Source of the DNA: Tubiluchus corallicola
Lineage: Eukaryota > Animalia > Priapulida
Assembly: GCA_030141605.1 (NCBI GenBank)
Contig: JAQGDQ010000019.1
Coordinates: 372,001 to 436,000, forward strand
Direction: 5' to 3'
DNA length: 64,000 bases
In this document: positions 39,301-52,209 of the stretch, one piece after another
Layout of the letters: every line of letters starts with the position of its first letter
Numbering within the stretch: position 1 is the stretch's first letter
Position numbers and translations under genes: made by a program
The notes under the pieces: model-generated
Told to the model about the DNA's origin: nothing
What the model saw: the letters and a program-made list of their open reading frames with translations, nothing else
The model's database searches: none

Positions 39301-40070
39301 TTTGTGCTTAAAATTAACTGTAATAGTGATTTTTGAACACTTAATAGTAATATGCAAGTTATTAATAACCATGTAAAGTGTTTGCAATGTTTAGTGGGGA
39401 AATGCTGAACTGATGAAAATACCAAATTTCCTGCATCTGACACCTCTGCATATAAAGAAGCATTGCAGTGCATTGAGGCGTAAGTAGAAAAATTATTTTT
39501 ACTTGTAGTATATTTTTTAAGTTTGGACTTATAAATTTGTTATTGCTGTTTTATAATAATAACATTATAATAACACAGAATTATAATATTACTTGTATGA
39601 GAAAATAAAAGAAATTCTAGTTATTTAATTGTTTGGTATTTTGATTTAAAGAAAAGCCCAGTCATTCTTTACTCGTGTAAAATCCATCTATATGTACAGA
39701 AGAGAAAGGCTGAAATCAAGTTCCAATGTTTTCTTGTGTGACAAGCATCCTGGTTAAGTAATAAAACACGACAATTTGAACATTGTGATTTTTAGGTTTA
39801 GCATTTGTCCAAAAAAATTATCCATTAGTGTTTATGCAAGCTAAAAGTGAAAATTTTCTGTTTAAAATAACACTTTTAAAAAGAAGTACCATATATACTT
39901 ATGTACAAGTCGAATTTTTGGGAGACAATTTTAAGGTGAAATTTTTGCGGTCGACTTATACTTAAGATATGTTTTTGGGTGATGTCGCTAAAGGGTCGTC
40001 TACAATACGAATATGTAAAGAAATAATCCTTCATTGTACGCTGGACTGAACGAACACTCGTACTGTGATA

Positions 40071-40124
<54 letters not shown>

Positions 40125-43100
40125 CCCAGACACTTGCACGTATCTTACACACTAACACAGTAGGCTATTGATTTATTACTCGGCCATTGTTGACATCATT
40201 TATTCTGGAAGATCGTAATATTTTGGGGTCGACTTGTACACGGGTAACATATAAAATGAGGCTGCTAACATACAGAAGGTGACAGGCAGTGTCGATATTA
40301 ACTAGCTGATTCGAAAATCATTATATTGTTGTCTGTAACTGGTTTTCATTACATGGTGGGCAGTGAGCAATTCATTAAAAAACAAAAAAAGTATTAATAA
40401 GGTCTCCTTTAGTAGCAATTAACAACTGTAATTGCAGCTGCAAAAAGAAGTTTGCTCAAGCTGGCAGGATAAGCATTTATATTGCTTATGGTAACTGGAT
40501 AATAGCATTTTTGTTCAAAATATATGCGCCTGAGCTTGAAGTGATTGCGACTTTAAATTGATTTTACTAATTACACAAGACTTGGCTTTCATTTCAAGTC
40601 TTTGTGTTGCCTTCACAGTATTAAGTTCACGCTTTCATTTTCTGTTAATTCTCAAGTGATGAATCATTCTCTTGAGATTCACCTGGAAGGTTTCTGGTAT
40701 CCCATCAGACCAGTCTGCCACTGGCTTTGTCTCTTTGTTATCTGAACTTTGCACTTGACTGTGTTGGTCTTGTTGAAGACATAATCCTTAACCTGAAATT
40801 GATGGTTGAGTCTTACTAATTATTATATTTTATTTCTTAAGGCCAAAATATAACGAAATAATGCCCTCAATGTGCTAACTTTTCACATACTTGTTTATCA
40901 AGTCCATATAGTAAAGGTCCTAAGCTTTGTCTGTTGCAAGAGCTTTTGCTTTTGTTTTCTAGAACAAAATCTTTTTAAAATTATTTTTTCAGAATTTTGC
41001 ACAGAATGGCCAAAAGGTCTAGAAACAGAAAGCTTCGTAACCAAGCATTTTCCCGTGAAAATTATTTTCAGTACATATTGCCATTCAGGTCCGACAATAC
41101 GGGATCCTCGCTCAAGAATTGTGACTTTGAAGGTATCTAATGAAGGTAGTTCATGTGTCTAACTAATAAGCATTTGCACTTAATGACTGCAATTGGGCTT
41201 GCTATTGTAGAAGTGATGATAAACACACAAGTATGTGGTATGAATTTTTTGTCATTTTTACACATATGCTGAAAGTAGACTGTGAAGCTGATTTGCAAAG
41301 GTGAATGCACAATATACCATGTAATCGTGATCATTCTCACTGTTCATGCGCACTGCTTCGAATTGTTGCTGTTGTGTGAATTTTTGAAGCCATTTAAGAA
41401 AAGTTTATAATTGAATTGGGTTTTATTTGTTTATTAATAATGTTGTAGATGGCTATCCCAGGATGATGAACGATTGTTACAAATATTTGCATGTGGTATA
41501 TGACAAAAAAAACATTGGTACAATTTTTTGTCAAAAAAGATGCAATTTGTGTTATTACAGGAGTAAAATGGTGCAACAGTGCAAACTTTTTTTACTCAAA
41601 TTCGTCAAAAGCGTCTCATTTTAGACTTATTTTAGGTTCGATTAGTTACAATTTCCTACACTGAGAACAAACTACTACCGTGAACAAATAGAGTTAACAA
41701 GACCTACACCTGAAGTATGCAGCTCTCCTGTTGAGCATGTTAACTTAGTTATCTTTGAGGTAACAGTGATATGCAAGGGCTAGTATTGATTGCCTACTGG
41801 AACTTGGACCTGTACTAAATCGTGTGGTTATGCTATAAAGCCAGTTTGTGCACAGCAAGCACAAAAACTAATTGAAAATGTTTCTTACTTGAACTAAGCT
41901 GATTGTGAATTAACTGACAGTAAATTTCATTTCAGACTAGATGCAGGTACTATGCAGCATAATTGAACTGTTTATGCTTTCTCTAGGTAATGTTGTCTAG
42001 TCTAGAATTGGACTATCATGCCAGAGACAAACTTCTACGACTTGTATCTGATCGATATGATCCTGTATCTGATACCTTAACTCTAGTAGCTGACAGGTAA
42101 TATAATCTGCTTTACTCTATGATTACAACTCAGAATTTGGCAGCAAATTGCCAATACATTTTTTGTAAATTAGCATAATATTTGTTTACCATTTTTTACA
42201 GCACTTGCAACGATACGTTTGTTACTTTTGTTAATCAAGTATATGTAACTTTTTAAAAATCTCACTTTGGAATACCTGAGTGTAGCAGTCAATTAGACGA
42301 TACTTCTTCTAGTTTTGATAAGCTGGGCATAGCCGTGTCAGTGGCTAGTTACGCAAGGCATTTGGCCGTAAAAGCGAGTAGAGTGTTTGAAAAGGTGTGG
42401 ACATTCAAAAGCATGCTAGTAAGTTAACAAAACCATGATGGTAAGTTGGTGTACTGAAATTTGACTAGATTTAACCGTGTTTAAAAATGCAAAGCTATAA
42501 TACTCTACGTTTGCTGACGGTAATATTTTGTTAACAGTTAGCCACGATTCACTAATATAAGCAATTTAATGTAGGAATTTAATGTTGGTTGTTAAAATTT
42601 GTAATAGGAATTCCTTGAAATTTTGAAAATGACTAGATTTTTTTTCTTTATGTTGTCTCTATAATTTCATCAAACTTTTTATGTGCCATATTGTACTTTT
42701 TGTGTAAATTCCATTACAAACAAAATTTGGCCATTGTTATTTCATTACTGATTATTTTTTTTTGTTTTAAGATGCCCTACAAGGAAACAAAACCTTGATT
42801 ACCTTCACTACCTTCTGACAGCACTTTATCATGAATCATGGGTACGTCCATGTTAGTTTCTTCAATTTACCATACTGTTATGTATCATTATAGCTTAACA
42901 TAGCTTATTAACAATTTTAGGCTTGATAAATATGGCATATTAGTTATTAATCTCTACTAGTTAACTTAGGGTCCTTTTTTCATCGGTCAACTTTTGAAAT
43001 TCACTCTTTCACCTAACTTTTTCATTCAACAAAAATAATGTGTAAAATGGCTATACATAAGTTTTTTTTCTATTTTTCGGCAATCACTGAAACATAGTGT

Positions 43101-46100
43101 GGTGTGGTATCTTAATTTATTCAACAAATATTGCATGTGTATATCAAAAACTTTATGAAAGGAGTGTCAAATTCGAGGATGTGAAAGTCGCAAAATGTTA
43201 ACATCCAGATTTCCGTACATAAGGCAATGAAAGCAATCATGTGTTAAGGTCACGCTGTTTTACGTTGTCAGCTAGAAACATGTAACCGTCTTTTTACTCG
43301 CTCTTTTGTAAATTATCATAAAAAAATTCAGGCAGATATTAATAGGCTGGTGCCAAACAGCAGTCATTAAATGAATTGTGAAATTTTTAATATCGTGCAA
43401 CTTTAAAATATATTCCCATAATAACAATACCTAGTATCTACTGTATCATAATTGCCTTTAAATTACTATAGTTATTCAGTGTTATGCATTGAAATCTACA
43501 AGCAAAACTGCATTTATCACTTGATTATGCATGATTCAGTGCAGTTTACTTATGTAAAAAACTGTAGATTATTACCCCACACCCCACATTACCTAAATAC
43601 TTACGAAAAAACTGAATTTCCTGGAAGGCTTAGGAGGAGTTCGATGACAATACAAAAAACTGACCCTTTAACTGAGATTCTGTTCACCGTATTTTTTAAG
43701 GCCTCTACCCCAGGTTTTACCCTGCAAATTTTGTAACTTTAACATGAATTAAAATTCGATGCCTAATTTTCACATTTTGGTGCTTATCTCACTCTCCTAA
43801 GTAATAATAAGTTTTCTAGCTATATACTATACAGATTTCAGAGCTACGGGTTTCTGCCGTGTAGGTTTTGTGACTGTAAGTACTATAGTTTTAGAGCTAT
43901 TCAATGCTTATTATTGTTTATTTGTACTCAGGTACAATAACCCATTATGTGCAATGTGGGAATAAATAACAATACAGATTAAATAAATAATGTTAGTTAA
44001 AAATATGAATATAATACATAATACACCAAGATGTGTGTACAACATGGTAATATATAAAATTAAACGTCATAATAATATAGGCCTATAATATGTAAACTTA
44101 TTTCCAATGATCAGCTGTATATACATAGTATCTGTAACGTGATGTTTTATGTCAACCTAGTAATATACTGCTAGTTACATCAAATGTAAATCATAATAAA
44201 AATTGGACCTTGTTTTTCAAGAATATTGTTATTTGTAGTGATAGCTTGTAACGTATCTCTGATAAGTGAACATGTTGCAATTTCCGCTTCATCTAGGTTA
44301 TGGGATTTTTCAATAATTTAAGATAACAGATGTTTCACGTTGTGACAGTTTAAGTTATTATTGTATTTACAAGTTGTTAACTGCAAATTGTAGCCAATAA
44401 TTGACCTCACCGAAAAACTAGCTTGCATTGCAATGTGCTTTACTAGAGCATTACTACTTCTCATAGAGATGAGAGGACGAATAAAATTTAATAAAGCATT
44501 TCTCATAGTGGCTAAGTGGCTGAAGTATATAACACTCCAGCCATATTTTGACTACTATATGGACCCTTAAATTATCCCAGTTTTTTAAGTCCTGGTAGTC
44601 ATCTAACCCACAATGGGCCTTTAAAGAATCCCAGCTTTATAGAAGCCCAGGTACACGCCCACTTTTTAAAAGCCGCCATTTACTCTGCAGTATCTGAATA
44701 CGCATGAAGCATGAATTCAATTTACCTCTTAAGCCTTAATCGAATGGTAATCGAAAAACTTAACGATGTCTAGTGCTCTTGACCAAGCCCATTTTTCACC
44801 ATACCACCTTCAAGGCCTCATCTCAGATGTCTGTCCTGCATGTGGCATCAAATTGTGTGTGTTACGTAATGGAGGCACATGACGCATGATATGAATTGAT
44901 ACGATATGATACTATACAATATAATGCTTAACTAACCTGTTTACAATTGCACAGTAAGCGCATTGGTAGTAATGTTATTAATACACCACAAACATTGTGC
45001 AAACAAAGAGCAGTGCATATTGCTCTGGTGCACTTGTGAACTGGATCGCCATCCATGCTATTTAATACTTTTAATAATATTGTTTTGTTCTAATCGTGGT
45101 GCCAAATTAAGAATGTGTACTATTTGTCAGAGGTTCATTGCCAACAATAATTAATGTTGAGCTGAACATTGAAAAAAAAAATTGTAGCTTTTGATAACGA
45201 TTTTTAATCACCGTTTGCTATTACATCAATTAAATTACAAATTTACAGCCTGCAGCCCATTTCATAACTATAAGTATGGATCAGTCATATGTTTGTAAGC
45301 TTTATTGGTATTTGTGACTCTGTAACCAATATTTGCATGGATCTACTGACTTGAAGTGAGCTACAAACTTGCAACACTAAATACTCTTGCACTAGCTCCA
45401 TACTGAAGAAGAGCAAAATATTATAAGCTTATCGATTCTACTGCTCCTAATTATATTGAAAGTACTCAATTAGTAAACTGTTATTTATAATTATAGTTGA
45501 TAATTTCTGTTTAACAGAAACTCGAGCCCTGGGAAAATGAAAAAACTGAAGCAGACATGGAGAAATATTTCTGGGATGTTAGTCAATCAAAATCCAGTGT
45601 TATTAGTTTGGTGCAGCACTTAGAGGTACGTGAAAGACTAGTTTTTGTATTAGAATATTTCATGTTACTTGCTATTATTCATTTTTGGATTTATGAAGTT
45701 TTCAAAACTGGTAATGCATTTATGCAGTCCAAAATGTTTTTTGGTTGAGTTGTCTTGACTTTGAAGCTATGCTGAATGGTCATTTTGAATGACCTTGACA
45801 TTGAATGGTCTTGAAACACTATTTTTATGGACTACATGCTCTTTTGCTCATATGTCTTCTTGATAATCTTTAATTTGTGCTTCTAAATTTCTACTGGTTT
45901 CCCCAAAATAAGCCTTGTCACTAGTTTTGCAAGAAATTTCATAAAAACACACCACATTTTCTTAATTTATAAAAATTATTTTGTGACAAAACAGTCAATT
46001 TTGTATCATATTTTCCACGTGCCTTGTATTAGCAATCTAGTATTAGCAGCATTAGCTGTCCGTGTCAGGGAAACGAGTCTTTCGTGTTTTTTTAGTATTT

Positions 46101-47737
46101 CCATGCAATTGTAATTGTATGATAATATTTTTCGTTTATTCCGAATTTTTTCAATCGTTCTTTATTAGCTGAAGTGCAGTGTAAATGATGATTTTTTTAA
46201 ATAAAAATGTAAAAGTTGTTGATGTTGTGGGTTATTTATTATGTTTTGCTGTTGTCTTTAGTAAAAATTTGAAAGCTCTACATCTTCTCATGAACTCCAG
46301 TAAAATTCAACTTGCATAATTCCTGAGTGACACACTTCCCTGACTTTTTCCCACAAAAATTCACTCAGTCACCCAATTTTTTTCACATGACTACTGCTTT
46401 TATTACAGTGCTTTGTTTTCCATCGGGAAAACTCATTAATCTAAACACACTCATTAAGGATGCGTGAAATGCAAGATTGACAAGTTTGAGTGAAGCTCTA
46501 GAAAGACAAAAAGACACTAGTATGAACGTGGTTTAAGTGTATTTAATTTTGCTGGTATTCAGTTTCTTGTAAGAGGTATCACATTGAGTTGATCAGTACT
46601 TAATTTTGTTCATGTCAGTATTTAAAAGAAAAGCCAACTTCTTAGGAAGTTGAGCATATCTTAATATTTGAAAAAATGTTTGAAAGTTTCAGCAATAAAA
46701 TCATGATGAGCTCCTCATGTAATTAGCGAAACCAGTTTAAATTCGCGATCACTTGACGCTTGGGGTTGCTCATTTGAATAAAAAATGGCATCATCCAGTT
46801 GTCGTGCAATATAAATACTTTTCCTGCCAGGCGGTTGAGCAATCTTTTTTGCAGGTGCAGTTACAATTATGAACTATTAACAATCCAAAACGTTAAATTA
46901 GGAATGATTTATACTATTTTTTGCTTCTTGATGAATCTCGTTGCCTGCCATGTAATCAAAAACAGTTACTGCTGTAGAATAATAACCTTGAATTAACCCC
47001 AACAAAGTAACAGAGTAATTATTTTAACAAGCTAAGACTAAACTCTATAAACAGAATACAGTAACTTTAGTAATCTATAAACTAAGTAACCTGCCTTACT
47101 GCTACTGTATCCTCGCAGAATGGCAAACACTAACTGTTCTTGCTAATTGATCCGATGAGTAATTTTTACATAAACACAGTTAAAACAACGATAGAGTAGC
47201 AGTACATGTGAGAGAGCTGCAGAAGTGGTGTTCACGCTGTCCACCAAGCTACACCTTTTTTTTTTTCAAATATGCCTGCAGTGAGGCTTGTTTGGCGAGA
47301 ATTGAGAATATTGCATTTTATGCGTACATATTGTGTGGTAATTTCAATATTTTTAATTGTACATTAAAATACTTTGAATGATGTTCGTGGGTTGGTTTTT
47401 CTTGGCAAATATTTGGCAAGAACATATATTTATTGACCCATTTGTACGTTTGTAACTTTGTATAATAAATAAGATATGCATAATTTAAAGTTTGTCACAA
47501 CTTGTGGTCAGACATCGTTGTAACTGTCGTTGAGTTAAATTATACACGTGACAGTCAGAATATGTTTTTTTGCAGGGCACAGAAGGTTACATTCCCTCTG
47601 AAGAAGAAGTACTTGCCAAACCAGAAGTCCAGGATTATTCTGAAGCAGTAACAAACTTGCACAACGAGGGTGAAAACAGTTACACGCTTAGCAAATATAA
47701 AGAATCTGTCCTAAAAATTTTAAAACTGCAGTCATAG
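33362..47737 (+). CDS. MRPS35: 28S ribosomal protein S35, mitochondrial (mS35); 9 exons, 343 aa
   Basis: Exons 33362-33497, 36226-36305, 38703-38843, 39395-39479, 40993-41132, 41987-42096, 42772-42841, 45518-45625 and 47576-47737 total 1032 nt, GT-AG and in frame (exon 2 donor weaker). [73 protein letters not shown] and YKESV match MRPS35. AATAAA at 47765-47770. Confidence 0.96.
33750..34600 (-). mobile_element. Decayed non-LTR retrotransposon ORF2 C-terminus with CCHC zinc knuckle, in MRPS35 intron 1
   Basis: [27 protein letters not shown] and [17 protein letters not shown]; homologous to the copy at 58458-60990. Confidence 0.85.
35694..35765. repeat. Imperfect (GA)n tract
   Basis: Seen directly. 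Confidence 0.85.
39887..40250. mobile_element. Tc1/mariner-pogo-type MITE remnant containing a (TA)n run (40073-40121)
   Basis: Left end TA|CCATATATACTTATGTACAAGTCGA, with internal inverted copies GTCGACTTATAC (~39950) and GTCGACTTGTACAC (~40228). The right terminus is not clearly preserved. Confidence 0.5.
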
Positions 47738-48662
47738 TGAATATATGTAAGAAAATTGTTTGTAAATAAAGTTATCTGTCCGGTTCCTTTGTATTCTTTT
47801 TTCGGAATTGTGATTTTTGAAGCTTCTACAAAAAATAATAAAATACTAGCAGCTAACTTTCTCCACTTTATTGAATTGCAGTAGTACATTGTTAATATGA
47901 GAGTTAAATAAGAGGTGCCATAAAAGTGTATTCAGCCAAGACTTAATAATGTTGCTTCAGGAATTTCCTGGATATTGTTCATTTTTATAAGCAAGCAACA
48001 TTGCAAGCTGCAAGTAGGCGCCTTGTGGCTGCACTTATTAAATACTGATAAAGAAATTAAACACCAGTTTGTCATCTGTTTATGTTACTCATTGGTCCAG
48101 TACTAAGTAAGGTATTTTTAACTTGATAGCTGAGGGTGTATATGCTTGTAATGTTGACCCTAAACTATACTAAAAAAATTATTGATTGGTGATAATATAG
48201 GCAAATATCATGCAAAAGTTACACTTAGCATTCTCTTCTCCCTTCCCTCTCCATATATATGCATACTGCAATTGTATACATGTGTATATATGTATACAAT
48301 TGCAGTAATATCTATAGTTAACTGTGTTGCACTAGCACTATGCTTGTTGTAATGTATAACATATTACGTAAAATGCATTACTTTGTGTGTCGCATAGCTC
48401 AAAAATTATAGCAGCTGACAGATCGAAAAATAAATCCACTCATTCTTTAACCATTTATCCAGCATTCCCGGTTCACATATAAACATTGTCTCTTTACCTA
48501 GAGAGTGTGCCAGTGACTTGGCATTCCTAATCCACTGCAACTGTGTCTAAGAGCACTGAAAGTGGTTTCTCCGATTTAACAAGTGCAAGTCTCCCTTTTG
48601 AACTGCAGGCCATAACAATGTGAAATACAAAGAAATTTATTTTGCACCACAATATTGATGAA

Positions 48663-48746
48663 TTAAAAACCTAGCCACGGGGGGGGGGGGGTCAAGCCAG
48701 CCCAACTCAGTGCCGGTCCCAAGCCTGGATAAATAGGGAGGGTTAG
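48663..48746 (+). ncRNA. Twister ribozyme-like fold (type P1) at the 5' end of the RTE element
   Basis: AA-CCTA-GCC-[P3]-G-CCGG-TCCCAAGC-CTGG-ATAAA-TAGG-GAGGG-TTAG matches the twister pattern UAA-P2-GCC...G-CCGG-UCCCAAGC-CCGG-AUAAA-P2'-GAGGG-P1'. P2 CCTA (48670-73) pairs with TAGG (48734-37); P4 CCGG (48713-16) pairs with CTGG (48725-28). Confidence 0.8.
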
Positions 48747-49171
48747 GGTCAGGAAGGGCATCCGCCTGTAAAAACTGCGCCAAAACCTTCTATGAATGAG
48801 TCAGTGAGACTTAAAGGTAGAGTCCACAAAGAAGTGGTCAGACCCGCTCTAATCTATGGGCTGGAAGCAGCTTCTCTAAAGAAGACCGAAGAGAAGAAAA
48901 TGGATGTGGTGGAGATGAGGGAGGCTTCGCAAGATTGCGATGGTATTGACACCTGAAAAGAAGAGTCGGTGAAGATCATGTGGGAAGGGAAGTCATGGAA
49001 ATGGAAGTGCTGGGAAATAGAAGAGGACGACCCAAGCGGAGATGGATTGAATGTATTAATGGAGACCTTAGAGAGAAGAACATAAATGAAGAGATGGTCA
49101 ACAACAGGAATGCGTGGAGAAGACTCATTCACAACAGCGACCCTGCATAGGGAAAAGCTGGGAAGAAGAAG
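48668..49171 (+). mobile_element. Internally deleted, non-autonomous RTE-clade retrotransposon with TSD and (GAA)n tail
   Basis: TSD AATATTGATG(A/T)ATTAA at 48651-48666 and 49172-49187. The 5' UTR is fused to ORF-end fragments SVRLKGRVHKEVVRPALIYGLEA (from 48801) and GNRRGRPKRRWIECINGDL...RNAWRRLIHNSDPA*. GAAGAAGAAG tail. Confidence 0.9.
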
Positions 49172-51021
49172 AATATTGATGTATTAATAACACACTGCAA
49201 TGGGAAATCACTGATTTGCCAGTTCAAAAGGGAGGCTTGCAGTTGTTTCTTTGCCTGGCATTCAAATAATCTTTGCTTTCCACTAAACTGATGCATGACA
49301 TTTTTAATGTTGTAGTTAGCTTTAATATGATATCAATAACACAGAAAAAATACTTTAATAGCATCTCCTGTTTTAGTCCCACTGTAATATATACACATTT
49401 TTGCTAACAAATAATGATAGAATGAATATGCACTTATTAAATTTAGAAACAGTGCTTGATCGAAAACATGAGTTTGAAGTTTGGATTTCATGCCCATTGA
49501 GGTAACCATCAGCCTAAACACACCCATGTGTAAAGCAGTCTAATGATATAAAGGTTCCTAGTTCACATCTAGGTTAAATGTGCCAAGCCTGGCTGGCAGT
49601 GATTAGTATGACTTTTAGTGGTCAAGGAAATGCAATGAAAGGTTTGCACAGAGAGACGACACAATAAGGGTAAAGATGTTTCATGCTGTTTTTAATGGCG
49701 AAAAGTGACATCTTGCTTCATACAAATTTAATACAGTAGAGATTATAATTGTAAAAGTTTTAAATGTGTGATAATTGTACCTTGTTGAAAATCAGCTTGC
49801 TAGTTGTATTGCAATATAGAGTCAGACAACAAGTACTATAAACACAAGGTGTGATTGATTTACATATGGACTTGATTAAAAATAACATGTCACCTTGATT
49901 GTGATATGAAAAGATATATGTCTGTCTCATATATACATGTGTATGTATGTATGCATGCGAGTATGTATGTTTGTACATATAATTAACTATGTGTAAAATT
50001 TCATTACACTTCATTAAAGTGGCAGTAGAATTAATCATTTGACATGCACCACAGTGTATTGATCAGTGAATCAACCTATAGGTATCATTATGCATAAGGT
50101 ATTAATTTAAATGACAAATTGGACACTCCTTGTCAAAAATAGGTGCAAGTATTTATACTGTGAAGGAAGTAATTTCAATATTAGTTATTTTCAACACTTA
50201 ATAAATGTCCACATAAACAGGTAAATTATAAATCACTATATTCAACATATTGTATACATACAGTGAGTGTTACACATTAACTGACATGAAATACTGGTGA
50301 TGCGTACAGTACATGTACATGTATTATGCTTGGAATGAAAATGGAATGCAGTAGTCAGCCATTAGCCCATTATAGATCCTCTTAGTTCACACTAACTATA
50401 GGCCAGTAGACAACATTCTTGTGAAATAACGTAAAAAATGAAAAATACATAGTCAATGGTCAGAAGATATTTTCCTGCATTGTACCCTTTTTTTCTTGCA
50501 GACCTATCAGAAACTTTGTTCATAAAGTTCCTACTATATACATGCGAGTTTCTATTTTCTGTCTTTGTCACAGTCATTCCTCACAAAACACATATTTCGA
50601 CTAGAAATGCTTAATATAAATTTTACCAAATAATAATAAAAAATACTGCTGATTGCTGAAAGAAAGAATCGTTTTGATTGAGATTCTTCATTCAGATAAA
50701 GCCTTACACAGGCAAAGGTACATAAATAAATTATATATGCTATTATAAAAGTATCACACTAATGTTTTCGTAGTTCTTTAGAAGCAACGATACAATATAC
50801 AGTAAGCCACTAAAAATTCATAAACAGCATAACAGTATAATGGCATAAAGCCATTATTACTTCCATAGTATCCCTGGTGTATGCCATAGCCTATGGCTGC
50901 AAAATAATCAATTTGGCATGGCAGAACTGAAAAGTTAATAAGTAGAAACACTTAAGGGACATGTATATGTTTAAAACAGACTAGTAATCCAAATGTAATG
51001 TCCTTAGATTGTTCTAATGGT

Positions 51022-52209
51022 TTACATTAGCTGTGTAATAAAATCTAGTTTCTTGGTTGTCTTGTTAAAGTATTTGCATTTTGCATCAGTGATAAACCAC
51101 TTATAGACATCATGATGAACCTGCCCAGATCGTGACGGATCGTTTAAATTTGCACAGTATGTACAAAACCCACCGGGATACTTCATTTTCCACTTGCCCT
51201 TCCATGCAAAATATTCATTATACTTCTCATCATTTTTATCTAATACCAACAGGTAATGTGCAAGTTCTTTAGGGGAGTTAAAATCTGCAGAATTGATGTA
51301 AGAATGCGGCGGTGCAACAAAGCTGTAATTAGCACCTCCAAACACCACTGGCACAACGTCTAGTTTTAGCAAATAAAAAAACTTTTCTGTGACATAATCA
51401 AGACAGTATGAATTTTCAAATGACAGATAGAATTTGTAGGTTTGTATAACATTATCACACTGTGAATCAAAACGAGGACATTTCAATATTCCACATTTAC
51501 CATAAATATCAACAGTCACATGCTTCTGCAATTCCTTTACATATTCTTCACGCTTACTTGATGTCTTACAGTTGCTTACAAACCAAGAGATTAAACGAGT
51601 CCTTCCAGCAGCATAGTTTTTTGTGTTATTCACCAGTATGTGTTGAGATTCTGTTGAAAAATTTTCAACATACTGTCCATAAAGTCTGATTGCATCCGAG
51701 TCCATACGATACGTAAATGTGTCATTAAAAATAGAATTAAACTGCTTCAATTTATGGGGAACAAAGCCAGTAAAGTCTTCCAAAGCATACGGAGGTGGCT
51801 CAACCAGAAACATCGTCCAACGCTGACCTGGATATCGTTTTTGAGGCCAATGTTTACGAATGTTGACCGCACGTGCATGTATAATTACAGCGTCGCTACT
51901 GCTTAACTGTGACTTATCTTTTGTTGTCATGCAATTTTGTGCTGGACCATCAGGACAGTGTGTCAAAAATGGTTCACGATCAAAACCCCACCAGTAATCT
52001 TCTCGTCCATAAAAGTCATTCCAAAACAGGATTTTCTTGACACGATTTCGATGAGTAAAAAATAAATTACTAAACCATGATTTCTTTGATGAACTAACAT
52101 GATGTTCGGAAGATGACAGACAATAGTAATAGATAATAGCAATGAAACTGCCCAATGTCACTACCAGCAGGAAAACATAAACATTCCTTTTCATTCTGAA
52201 CACTTTCAT
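51022..52209 (-). CDS. Alpha-1,3-fucosyltransferase (GT10 family, type II Golgi membrane protein), intronless CDS, 395 aa
   Basis: N-terminal TM VYVFLLVVTLGSFIAIIYYYCL, ILFWN, DAVIIH, FNDTFTYRMDSD, WFVSNC, VDIYGKCG, alpha-1,3-FucT motif YKFYLSFENSYCLDYVTEKF, VVPVVFG, APPHSYIN, YNEYFAWK. Candidate 5' UTR intron 52255-52637. Confidence 0.95.
   Translation of the reverse strand: MKVFRMKRNVYVFLLVVTLGSFIAIIYYYCLSSSEHHVSSSKKSWFSNLFFTHRNRVKKILFWNDFYGREDYWWGFDREPFLTHCPDGPAQNCMTTKDKSQLSSSDAVIIHARAVNIRKHWPQKRYPGQRWTMFLVEPPPYALEDFTGFVPHKLKQFNSIFNDTFTYRMDSDAIRLYGQYVENFSTESQHILVNNTKNYAAGRTRLISWFVSNCKTSSKREEYVKELQKHVTVDIYGKCGILKCPRFDSQCDNVIQTYKFYLSFENSYCLDYVTEKFFYLLKLDVVPVVFGGANYSFVAPPHSYINSADFNSPKELAHYLLVLDKNDEKYNEYFAWKGKWKMKYPGGFCTYCANLNDPSRSGQVHHDVYKWFITDAKCKYFNKTTKKLDFITQLM

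Noticed and set aside
41936-41946. Possible 11-nt microexon (CAG|ACTAGATGCAG|GT) upstream of MRPS35 exon 6
   Set aside because: It would frameshift and leave a 40-nt intron; the protein is complete without it.
46700-46740. Degenerate minimal hammerhead ATGATGA-GCT...AGC-GAAAC-CA-GTT (Penelope-like)
   Set aside because: The core C is mutated, stem I does not pair convincingly, and no Penelope ORF was recognised nearby.
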